A DNA stretch of 64,000 nt from an uncultured candidate division Zixibacteria bacterium (GCA_963735035.1 CAVTJJ010000004.1:608001-672000); one strand, 5' to 3'; shown: positions 1 to 10,243, numbered from the stretch's first letter. Program-made: numbers and translations. The notes: generated from the sequence alone by a model not told the origin.

Positions 1-393
1 ATATTCTTCGGTATCCTCGTCTTCAAAGTTCGGGTTGCATCATACCCGCTCTTGCTTGCGGCCATTGTGTCTGCGGCTATCTGTTTTGTAGGCATCATGA
101 TGCTGGTCAGCGTTCTAGGGAAGACCGAGAATTCGGTCGGCGGTGCCGGATGGGCGATCATGCTGGTCATGTCTATGACCGGCGGCGGCATGGTGCCGCT
201 GATGTTCATGCCGTCGTGGCTGGGTACCATAAGCAATTTCAGCCCGATCAAGTGGAGCATATTGGCCCTTGAGGGGGCTATCTGGCGCGGTTTCGGCTGG
301 AGCGAGATGATCACGCCTCTGGCGATCTTGATCAGCATTGGAGTAATCGGATTCGCAATAGGGGTGACCGTCCTGCGCCGGTCCGAGATATAG
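1..393 (+). CDS. ABC-2 type transporter permease, C-terminal part (5' truncated by window)
   Basis: Hydrophobic helices with GGxMVP..MPSWL...ISNFSPIKW motif typical of ABC-2 permeases. Confidence 0.8.
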   Translation: MFFGILVFKVRVASYPLLLAAIVSAAICFVGIMMLVSVLGKTENSVGGAGWAIMLVMSMTGGGMVPLMFMPSWLGTISNFSPIKWSILALEGAIWRGFGWSEMITPLAILISIGVIGFAIGVTVLRRSEI

Positions 394-438
394 CCCCTCT
401 CCGCTCGGGTCTCTCTCTGTGTGCCGGTGGGTGCACAT

Positions 439-471
439 AAGAAACCGGGCGGGTCTTGCGACCCGCCCGGT
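439..471 (-). terminator. Intrinsic terminator between convergent genes
   Basis: Perfect 12-bp stem accgggcgggtc-ttgc-gacccgcccggt followed by TTCTT on the minus strand. Confidence 0.7.
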
Positions 472-499
472 GCAGTATTCGAACGAAACATTCGCGCCG

Positions 500-3133
500 T
501 TACTTCAGGAGTAGCATCTTCTTTGACAACGTCAGATCAGACGTCGTCAGTCGATAGAAGTACACGCCCGAAGCCACCGGGTTGCCGGATTGATCGGTCG
601 AATGCCATTCGACTTCCCATTGTCCGGCGCCCTTAGTCTCGTTTACCAGCGTGATTACCCGCTGGCCGATTACGTTGTAGATCTCCAACGTAACGTGGGT
701 AGCCGCAGGGAGAGAGTAGCTGATAGTGGTGGACGGGTTGAACGGGTTCGGATAGTTCTGATCCAGAGCATATCCTTCCGGAAGCGTCACATCGGCCACA
801 TCGTCACCCATTTCGGTCCAGCCGTCGGAAGCTCCAACAACCGAAGAAACACAGAAGTTGTCGAAATAGGAGTTCGAATTGTTGTAGCCGACGCCGACCA
901 ATCCGGAACGGACCGCAGCGAATTTATACGACTTAACCGATGTTGTTCCCACCTTGGCGGTAACCGTACCGTCCGAAGCGGCGATAACGGTCACGGCATA
1001 CCAGGTGCCGGAACTGAATGAGTAGCTCGCATAACCACGGGTGTAATTGGTGCCGCTGGTGCGCTCGCAGATATTGACGCGATTGGCAACGTCGTCAAAT
1101 TCAACATAGCGATAGTTGCTGGCATCAGTGTATCCCATGATAATGCGGGCTTTGCGCTGAGTCCGCCCGGTGCTCATCCGAATATCCGAGTTGATCGTAG
1201 CCGTAGAGAAAGTTCCGAACGGCGACGTCAGCTTGGCATTGGTCGTGGTCGAGTTGCCGCGCAGGGTGCTGGTCGAAATGGTCCAGGTGCCGGTGGAATT
1301 GGTCCAGCCGGTGAAGTTGCCGTCGTTGAAATCATCACACTGCTGCGCCGGAGGCGTGCTCACCGTGATGTATCCGGTCTTGGTCAGCGTGTTCGAACCA
1401 TAGGCGTTCGTAGCGGTCAGGCTGACCGTGTAAGTTCCCGCCGTCGTGTAAGCATGTGACGGATTCTGCAGGGTCGAAGTGCCTGCATCGCCGAAGTCCC
1501 AACTCCAACTGGTCGGGCCGTTGGTTGAGGCATCGGTGAAGACTACCGTCAACGGCGCATTGCCCGAAAGCGGCGTCCCTGAGAAAGCGGCCACCGGCGG
1601 GTTGGTGTTCGGAGCCGAGACGGTAATGTAACCGGTCTTGGTCAGACCGTTTGAACCGTAAGCATTGGTCGCGGTCAGAGTCACCGAGTAAGTCCCCGCC
1701 GTGGTGTAAGCATGCGACGGATTCTGCGCGGTCGAAGTGCCACCGTCGCCGAATGTCCAGCTCCAACTGGTCGGGCTGCCGGTAGAGGCATCGGTGAAAG
1801 CAACGGTGAGCGGCGCAGTGCCGGATAGCGGGGTGCCGGAGAACGCCGCTACTGGCGGATTGTTGCTGATCGACGACAGCGCGGCGCTGGCATTCACCAG
1901 ACCATAGCCATAGTATTGATCCCAGCCGGCCGAACCCAGATCGGTCGCGGTATTCTGCAAAGCGGCCCGGACCGCATCCGGAGTCATAGTGCCGCCGTTC
2001 TTGGCAATCAACAGGGCGGCGACGCCGGCGACGTGCGGACAAGCCATCGACGTGCCTTCATAGAAATAGTAGCCGAAGGTGCCGTAGTTGACACCGTCGT
2101 GAGTCTGCTGCAACACGCCGTCAACGTATCCGTCGCCGTTCTGGTCGACCGTCACATCTCCGCCAGGGGCGCAGATGTCAATGGTCGAACCGTAGCTCGT
2201 GTAGGACGTATAAGTCCGGTTGTAACGGACGGCCGAGACGGAAATGCACTGGGTATAGGAGGCCGGATACTGCAAAGCTGAAGTGCCCGCGTTACCGGCG
2301 GCGCACACGATCGTGACACCCCGGTTGTAGGCGTAGATCACAGCGTTCTGCAAGGCGGTTGAGCCCGACGCGCCGCCGAGACTCATGTTGATTACCTTGG
2401 CGCCGTTATCGGCCGCGAAGGTAATGCCGTTAACGATGTTGGTATAGGTGCCGTTGCCAGTGGCGTCGAGAACCTTCACCGGCATGATGCTGCAGTTGTA
2501 CGCTACACCGGTTACGCCGAGACTGTTGTTGGTCGTCTGGGCGATAGTTCCGGTGACGTGCGTGCCGTGGGCGCAGTCATCGTTCGGGTGAGTGTCGTTG
2601 TTGACGAAGTCATATCCGGGGACGAAAGTGGTGCCGGCCAGGTCGGGAGCCTGCGTGAAGCCGCCGTAGGTTTCATAGGCGACGCCACAGTCGATAACCG
2701 CCACGACCACGCCCGTACCGGTCGATTGATCCCACGCCGCAGGCATATTGATGAGCGGCATGTGCCATTGGTACACATAGTACGGATCATTCGGGGTCAT
2801 GAAGGCGTGGGCGATATAGTTCGGCTCGGCGTATTCCACGTCGGGCCGGCTGCTGAATGCGGACACCATCTCTTCGACCGTCTTACCGGCCGGGACTCTG
2901 AGCAGATTGATGCCGATTTGGGCGTTGGTGGAAACCAACGTGGTGCCGAGGTCCGCCTGGGCGGTCGAGGCTTGTTGACGTGTTACGCCGTCTCTGAATT
3001 TTACAATGATTTCGCCGGGGGCGTAAGTGTCAGTGCTTGCCGAGACGCAGGTTTGACCCACGTGGAAGTCTTCGGCCGCGGACGCGGCGCTGAATAGGGC
3101 AACAACTATCAGGAATGTAAGAAATGCTCTCAT
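500..3133 (-). CDS. Secreted S8 subtilisin-like serine protease with two PKD domains and FlgD/T9SS-like C-terminal domain
   Basis: Signal peptide MRAFL..; triad AVIDCG, HGTHV, GTSMA; two PVAAFSGTP..WxFGD PKD repeats; QNYPNPFNP...SGVYFYRL...KKMLLLK tail. Confidence 0.92.
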   Translation of the reverse strand: MRAFLTFLIVVALFSAASAAEDFHVGQTCVSASTDTYAPGEIIVKFRDGVTRQQASTAQADLGTTLVSTNAQIGINLLRVPAGKTVEEMVSAFSSRPDVEYAEPNYIAHAFMTPNDPYYVYQWHMPLINMPAAWDQSTGTGVVVAVIDCGVAYETYGGFTQAPDLAGTTFVPGYDFVNNDTHPNDDCAHGTHVTGTIAQTTNNSLGVTGVAYNCSIMPVKVLDATGNGTYTNIVNGITFAADNGAKVINMSLGGASGSTALQNAVIYAYNRGVTIVCAAGNAGTSALQYPASYTQCISVSAVRYNRTYTSYTSYGSTIDICAPGGDVTVDQNGDGYVDGVLQQTHDGVNYGTFGYYFYEGTSMACPHVAGVAALLIAKNGGTMTPDAVRAALQNTATDLGSAGWDQYYGYGLVNASAALSSISNNPPVAAFSGTPLSGTAPLTVAFTDASTGSPTSWSWTFGDGGTSTAQNPSHAYTTAGTYSVTLTATNAYGSNGLTKTGYITVSAPNTNPPVAAFSGTPLSGNAPLTVVFTDASTNGPTSWSWDFGDAGTSTLQNPSHAYTTAGTYTVSLTATNAYGSNTLTKTGYITVSTPPAQQCDDFNDGNFTGWTNSTGTWTISTSTLRGNSTTTNAKLTSPFGTFSTATINSDIRMSTGRTQRKARIIMGYTDASNYRYVEFDDVANRVNICERTSGTNYTRGYASYSFSSGTWYAVTVIAASDGTVTAKVGTTSVKSYKFAAVRSGLVGVGYNNSNSYFDNFCVSSVVGASDGWTEMGDDVADVTLPEGYALDQNYPNPFNPSTTISYSLPAATHVTLEIYNVIGQRVITLVNETKGAGQWEVEWHSTDQSGNPVASGVYFYRLTTSDLTLSKKMLLLK

Positions 3134-3551
3134 TTCCCTGTCCTTCTTCGGTTGTGAGGTTGACTGCATTTGATGGGCAGAATAGGTATATCAGTTGGGT
3201 CTGATATGCGGCCTCTCCTCAATTGCAGCGATAATTAGTTATTCAGATCTATGCGAACCGAAATGCAATACGGTCTTTCGCTGTCGGCATCACCTCCTTC
3301 AAATAAGGGCCAAGAGGACCTTTACTTAGAATGCGGCCGTTGCCACAGATGCAGGCGCAGGTAAGATGTCTGAACTATATGGCGTGTGTTTGATTTAACC
3401 TAGAGACAAAGTATCTCGTTCAAAGACGGAGTGCAACATGTTTTTGCCGACAGGACCGATTCCAACCGGACAGGAATTGTATCAGACTGGAGCATCGCAC
3501 GCGATTTAGTCTATTGCTCCGGACCAGCCGGTACTTATCTTGTCACACGCT

Positions 3552-4946
3552 ATGAACTTACCTTCCGACGATACCCGCACCACCAAGAGCGCCGCCCTAA
3601 TAGTCGCCACCCTGAGTTCATTCCTGGGGCCGTTCATGGGGGCGTCGGTGACGGTCGCCTTACCTACCATAGGGCAGGATTTTTCTATGAGCGCCGTGTC
3701 GCTCGGGTGGGTTAACACAGCCCTGCTTCTGGCTGCCGCCGCGTTTGTTGTGCCGTTCGGTCGCCTGGGCGATATTTACGGACGCAAACGGATATATCTG
3801 TGGGGTATAGTAGTTTTCACCGTTTCGTCGGCTCTGATCGCGGTCGCACAGTCGGGCACGGCCCTCATCTGGTTTCGGGTTCTTCAAGGCTTTGGATCGT
3901 CCATGATCTTTGCTACCGGGATGCCGATTTTGATCTCGGTCTATCCGGCCGGGGAGAGAGGCAAAGCTCTCGGGATTGCCGTCTCGGCGGTCTACCTTGG
4001 ACTATCAGTAGGCCCGTTTCTGGGCGGTCTGATCACACAGTATTTCGGTTGGCGCTTTATATTCTGGCTGAATGTGCCCCTCGGGCTTCTCCTGATAGCG
4101 GTTATCTTCTTGATGCTCAAGGGAGACTGGGCCGAGGCGAGAGGTTCCAAATTCGATCTGGTCGGGTCGATCATCCTCGGGCCCTCACTTCTGCTGACCA
4201 TGTACGGTTTCTCGACGCTGCCGTCGGTCAAAGCTGCAATTATGATCGCGGTCGGTCTGGCAGGTTTGACACTCTTTGTCATATACGAACAGAAGATCGC
4301 CCACCCGCTCTTGGACATCGCCCTGTTTCGACAAAATGCGGTATTTGCATTTTCCAATCTGGCCGCCATGATCAACTATGCGGCGACTTTCGCGGTGGGG
4401 TTCATCCTCAGTCTATACCTGCAGAACCTTAAAGGATTGTCGCCCACCGACGCCGGTCTGGTCCTCATGGCCCAGCCGATTGTCCAGACTATCTTTTCGC
4501 CTCTGGCCGGACGGCTTTCCGATAAGACCGAGCCGCGCACGGTGGCCTCGACCGGAATGGCGTTGTGTCTGGTCGGTCTGATTCTACTTTTGTTCCTGAC
4601 GGCCGATTCATCGCTGACCTTTGTGGTCATCTGCCTGATAATCCTGGGACTGGGATTCGCCTTGTTTACGTCGCCCAACACGAACGCCATCATGAGCTCG
4701 ATCGAACGGCGCCATATAGGGGTGGCGGGGGCGATGGTTGGCATGGTGCGGCAACTGGGCATGATGTTCTCGATGGGAATTCTTATGATGTTGATGGCGA
4801 TATTCCTCGGGAAGTCGGAGTTGGAACCGTCCGTCTACGGCAGCTTTATGATTTGTTCGCGGGTGACGTTCGCGGTCTTCGGCGGACTGAGCATCATCGG
4901 GATTTTCGCCTCCCTGGCGCGCGGGAAGATGCGATCGGCGGTGTGA
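3552..4946 (+). CDS. MFS drug:H+ antiporter (DHA2, EmrB/QacA-like)
   Basis: GRLGDIYGRKR motif A, GPFLGG motif C, WRFIFWLNVP, about 14 TM. Confidence 0.9.
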   Translation: MNLPSDDTRTTKSAALIVATLSSFLGPFMGASVTVALPTIGQDFSMSAVSLGWVNTALLLAAAAFVVPFGRLGDIYGRKRIYLWGIVVFTVSSALIAVAQSGTALIWFRVLQGFGSSMIFATGMPILISVYPAGERGKALGIAVSAVYLGLSVGPFLGGLITQYFGWRFIFWLNVPLGLLLIAVIFLMLKGDWAEARGSKFDLVGSIILGPSLLLTMYGFSTLPSVKAAIMIAVGLAGLTLFVIYEQKIAHPLLDIALFRQNAVFAFSNLAAMINYAATFAVGFILSLYLQNLKGLSPTDAGLVLMAQPIVQTIFSPLAGRLSDKTEPRTVASTGMALCLVGLILLLFLTADSSLTFVVICLIILGLGFALFTSPNTNAIMSSIERRHIGVAGAMVGMVRQLGMMFSMGILMMLMAIFLGKSELEPSVYGSFMICSRVTFAVFGGLSIIGIFASLARGKMRSAV

Positions 4947-4950
4947 ATCT

Positions 4951-5040
4951 GTGGCTGGTGGACGTCCTCGTCCACCAGCGGTGAGAGATGTTGGCGGACG
5001 AGGACCCCCGATCAAGTCGGGGGCAGGCTCCGCCAACCAC
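4951..5040. repeat. Inverted pair of GTGG-type REP-like palindromes, second copy with 23-nt nested insert
   Basis: gtggctggtggacgtcctcgtccaccagc and inverted gttggcggacgaggac[..]tccgccaaccac; relatives at 15888 and 56933. Confidence 0.75.
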
Positions 5041-5089
5041 GGTGATATCTTCGCTGGCTTGCCAACCCACAGATTCTTATATTTCCCCC

Positions 5090-5950
5090 ATGCAGATAAT
5101 ACGGTCCATAAAGAAGATGCAGGCCGCCACCCGACTGTGCGCGGCTCGCGGCAAGAAGATCGCCATCGTCCCGACCATGGGCGCGCTTCATGAAGGCCAC
5201 CAGTCGCTCATCAAGCGAGCCGTCAGAGAAGCGGACGTGGTCATCACTACTATCTTTGTCAACCCCGCCCAGTTCGCGCCGCATGAAGACCTCGGTAAGT
5301 ATCCCCGCGACGAGAAGAACGACCTTCAAAAGATCGAAGCCGCTCTAGGACGACGGAAAGCGAGCGGCATCGTGTTCATGCCGAAAGCGACCGATGTCTA
5401 TCCCGAAGGTTTCCAAACCTGGGTGGACGTGGTCGAACTCACTGACACGCTCGAAGGGGCTCGGCGACCGGGGCATTTCAAGGGCGTGACCACGATTGTT
5501 GCCAAGCTGTTCAATATCTGCCGCCCGGACATCGCCGTGTTCGGTATGAAAGATTTCCAACAGGCGGTTGTACTCAAACGAATGACCCACGACCTCGGCT
5601 ATCCGATCAAGTATGTCATTGCACCGACCGTGCGCGAGTCCGATGGCCTGGCGATGTCATCGCGCAATCGGTATTTCGATGAATCCCAACGCTGGGAGGC
5701 GGTGGCTTTGTACTATGCGTTGAAATCGGCCCGGTCGATGGTGGCCGCCGGGATTCGCGAGACGAGGGAGATCGAGAAAGAGATGCGGGCGGTGATTTTG
5801 GCGACCTGCCCGACCTCGGAGATCCATTACATAGCGTTCACCGATTTCGATACGTTGAAAACGGTTGATCCGGTGCGCCGGGGGACGGTTTGTTCGTTGT
5901 CGGTCAAGATTCACGGAGTGAGTTTGATTGACAATATGAAGTTGGGGTAG
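5090..5950 (+). CDS. panC: Pantoate--beta-alanine ligase
   Basis: VPTMGALHEGH, IFVNPAQF, RPGHFKGV, FGMKDFQQ, RESDGLAMSSRN. Confidence 0.97.
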   Translation: MQIIRSIKKMQAATRLCAARGKKIAIVPTMGALHEGHQSLIKRAVREADVVITTIFVNPAQFAPHEDLGKYPRDEKNDLQKIEAALGRRKASGIVFMPKATDVYPEGFQTWVDVVELTDTLEGARRPGHFKGVTTIVAKLFNICRPDIAVFGMKDFQQAVVLKRMTHDLGYPIKYVIAPTVRESDGLAMSSRNRYFDESQRWEAVALYYALKSARSMVAAGIRETREIEKEMRAVILATCPTSEIHYIAFTDFDTLKTVDPVRRGTVCSLSVKIHGVSLIDNMKLG

Positions 5951-5977
5951 GGGGGGACGGGCTATTGGTCGTGGCAA

Positions 5978-6592
5978 TCAAAGAGAACCGATTCGAATTC
6001 TGAAGTTGATCTCTCCCGAGTGTACCAGCCTATTCTCATTTCCAATTCCGTATACTTTCGGACGGTATTGAACCCCTACCGACGTCCCTAACCACTTTGT
6101 GGTCATTCCCAAGGTTGCCCCGGCCATTGCCCGGTTCTCGTGGGTTCGGCCCTTTTCCTCTTGTGAATTAAGCCGGTCGTAATATTCCACGGCGCCGTCA
6201 GCATATTCATAAGTAGTTGTAGTCTCCGTTCCAATGCCGACGTTGAATCCTACTCGTATGTCCGTGGATTCCCTTTGCGGCAAGCGAAATACACGAGTCA
6301 ATTCGACGGCAAAGACATCTATGAACCGATTGGTGTCCCGAACCGGAGTCTCCATTGTCATGAAAACAGACTGATCCGTCTCCCAAGATAGCGAAGCAGC
6401 CCACTTCTTGTTGTATTCGACCCCAATGCCAAACCCGAGCCAACCGGATAGATGTTCGTGCATCGTTTGATGAATGTGAATGGGGGAGATGGTGAGGAAT
6501 AGTTGTGCGTCGGCAGTACAAACAACAGGCGCAAATGAGATTAGGAAGACACCAACTAGTACAAGCTTACGTTGCATTGCCTGAGGCTCCAT
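5978..6592 (-). CDS. Hypothetical exported protein, possibly small outer-membrane beta-barrel
   Basis: Signal-peptide-like N-terminus, alternating beta-strand pattern; AT-richer than neighbours. Confidence 0.55.
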   Translation of the reverse strand: MEPQAMQRKLVLVGVFLISFAPVVCTADAQLFLTISPIHIHQTMHEHLSGWLGFGIGVEYNKKWAASLSWETDQSVFMTMETPVRDTNRFIDVFAVELTRVFRLPQRESTDIRVGFNVGIGTETTTTYEYADGAVEYYDRLNSQEEKGRTHENRAMAGATLGMTTKWLGTSVGVQYRPKVYGIGNENRLVHSGEINFRIRIGSL

Positions 6593-6742
6593 TATTTGCG
6601 GTAACGTGAGATTCTATGGCATTGTCCCATATTATGATTCTTAATCTTAGCGCAAGATAGTATGGCAGAGCGAAGATGTCATCCAAAATCTCGCTCAAGA
6701 GTTGGGAACCCCAATTCCAGTCGCTATCGTAGAGGCCGCAAG

Positions 6743-6930
6743 GCCGTCATTCCTGCGGAAGGGCCTGTTGAAAAAGTCTGTGTCGGCTCTATTAGTAACC
6801 TTCCACACGCGTTGGTGACACCCCTAAGTCGCTGCAACGCGTCAGGTCACACGCCGCCTTTGGCGTCGCAAGACCTGACGCAACAACATTCGAGAGGTTC
6901 TCCAGCAACCCCCCCCGCGGGTATGACGGA
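6743..6930. repeat. Cluster of REP-like palindromes
   Basis: gtcattcctgcgg.., gcgtcaggtc..gacctgacgcaac (also at 26935-27050), cccgcgggtatgac. Confidence 0.6.
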
Positions 6931-7102
6931 GCTATCGCTCCGTTCATCCATCCCATCGCAAGCGCTCGGGCACCAAACTTGGGTAGGGGGAGAATTCTAC
7001 TCCTGTTAAGAGAGATCATTCATATACGTCTTCCACAATTCCCCTTGACCCGCCCTTCAATTGTCATACCTTCCGTCGGAGATAAAGGAGACTATTTACA
7101 CC

Positions 7103-7582
7103 ATGCCAAAATATGATCGCGATATCGGTATCCCCGTCCCCGGCTTCAACGCTGCTGTCGTCAAGCAGGATGCCGACGGTTGGAAATATCTCGTCTTTCA
7201 ACGCGCCGAAACCGAACCGTACGGCGGCTTCTGGAGCTTCCTGACCGGCAGCAAATTGCCGAATGAGACGGTCGCACAGGCGGTTTGCCGCGATGTCAAG
7301 ACTCAGACAGGGTTGGCCGATTTCCGGATGTTCGCCACCGAGTATCTGGTCCAATTCTACGAGCCCGAAAACGACAAGCTCTGGATACTGCCGCTAATCG
7401 TCGTAGTGGTCCACCCTGACTCGAAAGTCGCTCTGTCACCTGAATATCAGCAGGCGCAATGGTTGACGTCACGGTCGGCCAAACACCGGGTGAGCTGGAA
7501 GAACCTGATTACGGCCATTGACGATGTCGCCGACGAGCTCGAGATCTTTCCGGCCAAGAACTGGGTCGAGATTTATCCCTGA
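7103..7582 (+). CDS. Nudix-fold protein (NudB-like) with degenerate Nudix box
   Basis: RBS aaggag; YLVFQRA..YGGFW...G-x5-E-x7-RDVKTQTGL; LSPEYQQAQW. Confidence 0.75.
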   Translation: MPKYDRDIGIPVPGFNAAVVKQDADGWKYLVFQRAETEPYGGFWSFLTGSKLPNETVAQAVCRDVKTQTGLADFRMFATEYLVQFYEPENDKLWILPLIVVVVHPDSKVALSPEYQQAQWLTSRSAKHRVSWKNLITAIDDVADELEIFPAKNWVEIYP

Positions 7583-7694
7583 TCTCTGGGCGGTCGATTT
7601 TCACGGAACTTACTGACCGCCAAGACGTTGAACGATGGCACAGGTAGGCCTTGCGCATCCGGTTCGATATGGTATATTTGGGCCGCCCCTGGTT

Positions 7695-7840
7695 CACGAA
7701 TGTCGGCAGATGTGGATCCGCCGCGGCGGACCGGGCACGCTGAGCGCGGACCGGGCACGCTGAGCGCGGACCGGGCATGTGTTGCCCAAAGGAGTTCGGC
7801 TCACGAATGTCGGCAGATGTGGACATCTGCCGGGCACCGT
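7695..7840. repeat. Two cacgaatgtcggcagatgtgga palindromic elements and a 20-bp tandem repeat
   Basis: Direct repeat at 7695 and 7802; gcggaccgggcacgctgagc about 2.6 copies at 7726-7777. Confidence 0.75.
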
Positions 7841-7850
7841 AGGCTAGCAT

Positions 7851-8204
7851 ATGTTGATAACCGTCTGTAAATCGAAAATCCATCGGGCCACGATCACCGA
7901 GGCCAATCTGAACTATGTCGGGTCTCTGACTATCGACGAGGATCTGATGAAGCTCGCCGATCTGGTGGAGTTCGAGCGGATTTCGATTGTCAACGTCAAC
8001 AACGGCGAACGGTTTGACACTTATGTAATCAAAGGCAAGCCGGGGAGTGGCATAATAACGCTCAACGGCGCCGCGGCCCGCAAAGGGCAACCGGGGGACT
8101 TGATTATCATAATCGCCTGGGGATTGATCGAAAAAGACCAGGCCGCAGGGTATAAACCGGCGGTGGTTCATGTCGATCAACATAACAGGCCGACCAAGAA
8201 GTAA
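7851..8204 (+). CDS. panD: Aspartate 1-decarboxylase
   Basis: [23 protein letters not shown] autocleavage site, [17 protein letters not shown]. Confidence 0.97.
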   Translation: MLITVCKSKIHRATITEANLNYVGSLTIDEDLMKLADLVEFERISIVNVNNGERFDTYVIKGKPGSGIITLNGAAARKGQPGDLIIIIAWGLIEKDQAAGYKPAVVHVDQHNRPTKK

Positions 8205-8213
8205 CGTCAGGCG

Positions 8214-8990
8214 GTGACAGCCGCCCTATCGAATTACAGGCAGGTTGATTTGAAAATCAGAAAAGCGGCGGTTGTTCTGGCCGCGGGTAAGGGCAAGCGG
8301 ATGAAATCCGATCTGCCCAAAGTCCTTCACGAAATTCACGGGAGGCCGATGATCTGTCGGCTCCTTGATACATTGCTCGACATACAATTCGAGCGCGTGG
8401 TGCTGGTGATCGGTCACAAAGCCGAACTGGTGCGCGAAGCCTTGGTTGACTACCCAGTCAAGTTCGTCCTTCAAGAACAGCAGTTGGGGACCGGTCACGC
8501 GGTCGGGATGGCGCGACCGGAATTGGCCGATTTCGACGGTATTACTCTGGTGGCTGCGGGCGACGTGCCGTTTCTTTCAAAAGGATCGATCGAAAATCTG
8601 TTCGAGGTCCATACCCGCACCAAAGCGGCCGCGACCTGTCTTTCGGCCGTATTTGACAATCCCTCAGGCTACGGTAGGATTATCCGTCAACAAGGCACTG
8701 ATTTCCTCGAAGCCATTGTGGAGCATAAAGATGCCACCACCGAACAGCTCCAAATTCGCGAAATAAATACCGGAACTTTCTGCTTTGACAATCGGCTCTT
8801 GTTTGAGGCCATCGATCAAATCGGCTGCGAAAACTCCCAGCAGGAATACTATCTGACCGATGCCGTCCATATCCTTCATTCCAAAGGGCATCCGGTTTCG
8901 GTGGTAAAGGCGGCCAATCCGGACGAAGTCCTTGGTGTCAATTCGGTTGAACAGTTGGACTATTTGGCCGGCAAATTCGCGCCCCGGTGA
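8214..8990 (+). CDS. GlmU N-terminal-type sugar-phosphate nucleotidyltransferase (no acetyltransferase domain)
   Basis: LAAGKGKRMKSDLPKVLH, QLGTGHAV, GYGRI, EINTG, EYYLTD; true start may be TTG near 8250. Confidence 0.88.
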   Translation: MTAALSNYRQVDLKIRKAAVVLAAGKGKRMKSDLPKVLHEIHGRPMICRLLDTLLDIQFERVVLVIGHKAELVREALVDYPVKFVLQEQQLGTGHAVGMARPELADFDGITLVAAGDVPFLSKGSIENLFEVHTRTKAAATCLSAVFDNPSGYGRIIRQQGTDFLEAIVEHKDATTEQLQIREINTGTFCFDNRLLFEAIDQIGCENSQQEYYLTDAVHILHSKGHPVSVVKAANPDEVLGVNSVEQLDYLAGKFAPR

Positions 8991-9151
8991 GCGCTGATAC
9001 CTGATTGTAGTCAACCGAACAGCCGATTAAACGTTATAATGGAATATGCTAGGTCGGGCCTGGAATCGTGAGAGAGGTCAGGACCGACGCTTTTATAGTT
9101 GACGTCGTTGGTTGAGCGCGCTAATTTGAAGGTGGGATTGGAGATATAGCC

Positions 9152-9639
9152 ATGAAACGGTCATTGATAATTATCTTCTCGCTTCTGATTCTCTTTGGGG
9201 TGAGTTCGGCCCAACAGTCCGATGTAGGTTCGTTGAAGGGATCTTCATCGAACGCCATCTCCGGCCTGGGTGTTAGTCCTGCCAAATCTCCGTTCTCGCT
9301 GATCGATCTTTCCCGAATCAAATGGTCCAACAGTTATTCCGTGGCGTTTTTCAGCGGTGGCGGCAGTTCCGGTTCGGTTGGTCTGTGGAATACGACCATG
9401 GATTATCAGATTTCATCGAAGTTGTTTCTGGCCGTCAATCTGGGTGTGCTTCATAACCCCGGAGCGATGTGGAACAAGACCGAATCCAGCGGCGCGCGTT
9501 TCTGCCCGGATTCAGACTGGACTACCGGCCGTCCGATAAATTTATGATGTCGATCAGTGTGCAGCAGGGAGCAGGCTACTATGATCCGTATTACTCGCGC
9601 GCTTATCGGGGGCGACTGACCCCGCTATTAACCGAATGA
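9152..9639 (+). CDS. Exported hypothetical protein (frameshift near 9498)
   Basis: RBS ggag, signal peptide; shifted frame continues FLPGFRLDYRPSDKF...LLTE* to 9639. Confidence 0.6.
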
Positions 9640-9704
9640 ATTGCGGTTGCCGATGATTCCCTCGCACCCTCTCTTTTCAAATCCACATTTCGTCATTAAG
9701 TCGT

Positions 9705-10235
9705 ATGCATAGAACTAACGGGTCGGACAATCCGGCGCCCGCGCCGGACCATGAACAGATTATTTCTCCACGCCGACGGACTTTTCTAAGAGTCCTGGAC
9801 ATTGTTTTGGTGCTGGCGTGTACCGGCCTGGCTGTTTATATTGGAGTACTGGCCTATCCTGTGGTCAGTGGCTACACACTTGAGAAACCGACACCTCGTT
9901 ATGAGGTGAGACTGCAAATAGTTGACGCCAGCGGTCGGATTGGCGGAACCGAGCAGTTGACCCGGCAGATAGAAAGCGCTTCCGATCTCGATCTGAGCGT
10001 GGCGGTGATAGAAACCGACCGATTCGAGGTTCGTCCCGTGCAGCGATCATTCGTATTATCGCGGCTCGAGGATGTGACCGCGGCGAAACTTCTAGCCCAA
10101 CGTCTGGGACTTGACCCCGACGAAGTGGAGTACAAGCCGCTTGACAACAACCAGGCCGTGGTGACCGCGACGTTGGTAATCGGCGTCGACGGCGTGCGAC
10201 CGATTCCTGCGGCAGGAAAAACAAAGGAGACTTAG
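9705..10235 (+). CDS. Membrane protein with LytR C-terminal-like domain
   Basis: N-terminal TM, VRLQIVDASG...TATLVIGVD pattern; usual position upstream of rsfS. Confidence 0.7.
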   Translation: MHRTNGSDNPAPAPDHEQIISPRRRTFLRVLDIVLVLACTGLAVYIGVLAYPVVSGYTLEKPTPRYEVRLQIVDASGRIGGTEQLTRQIESASDLDLSVAVIETDRFEVRPVQRSFVLSRLEDVTAAKLLAQRLGLDPDEVEYKPLDNNQAVVTATLVIGVDGVRPIPAAGKTKET

Positions 10236-10243
10236 TTCCGCAC

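Noticed and set aside
1340..1860. Direct repeat as a mobile or diversity-generating element
   Set aside because: It is the tandem PKD domain pair inside the protease; no reverse transcriptase is in the window
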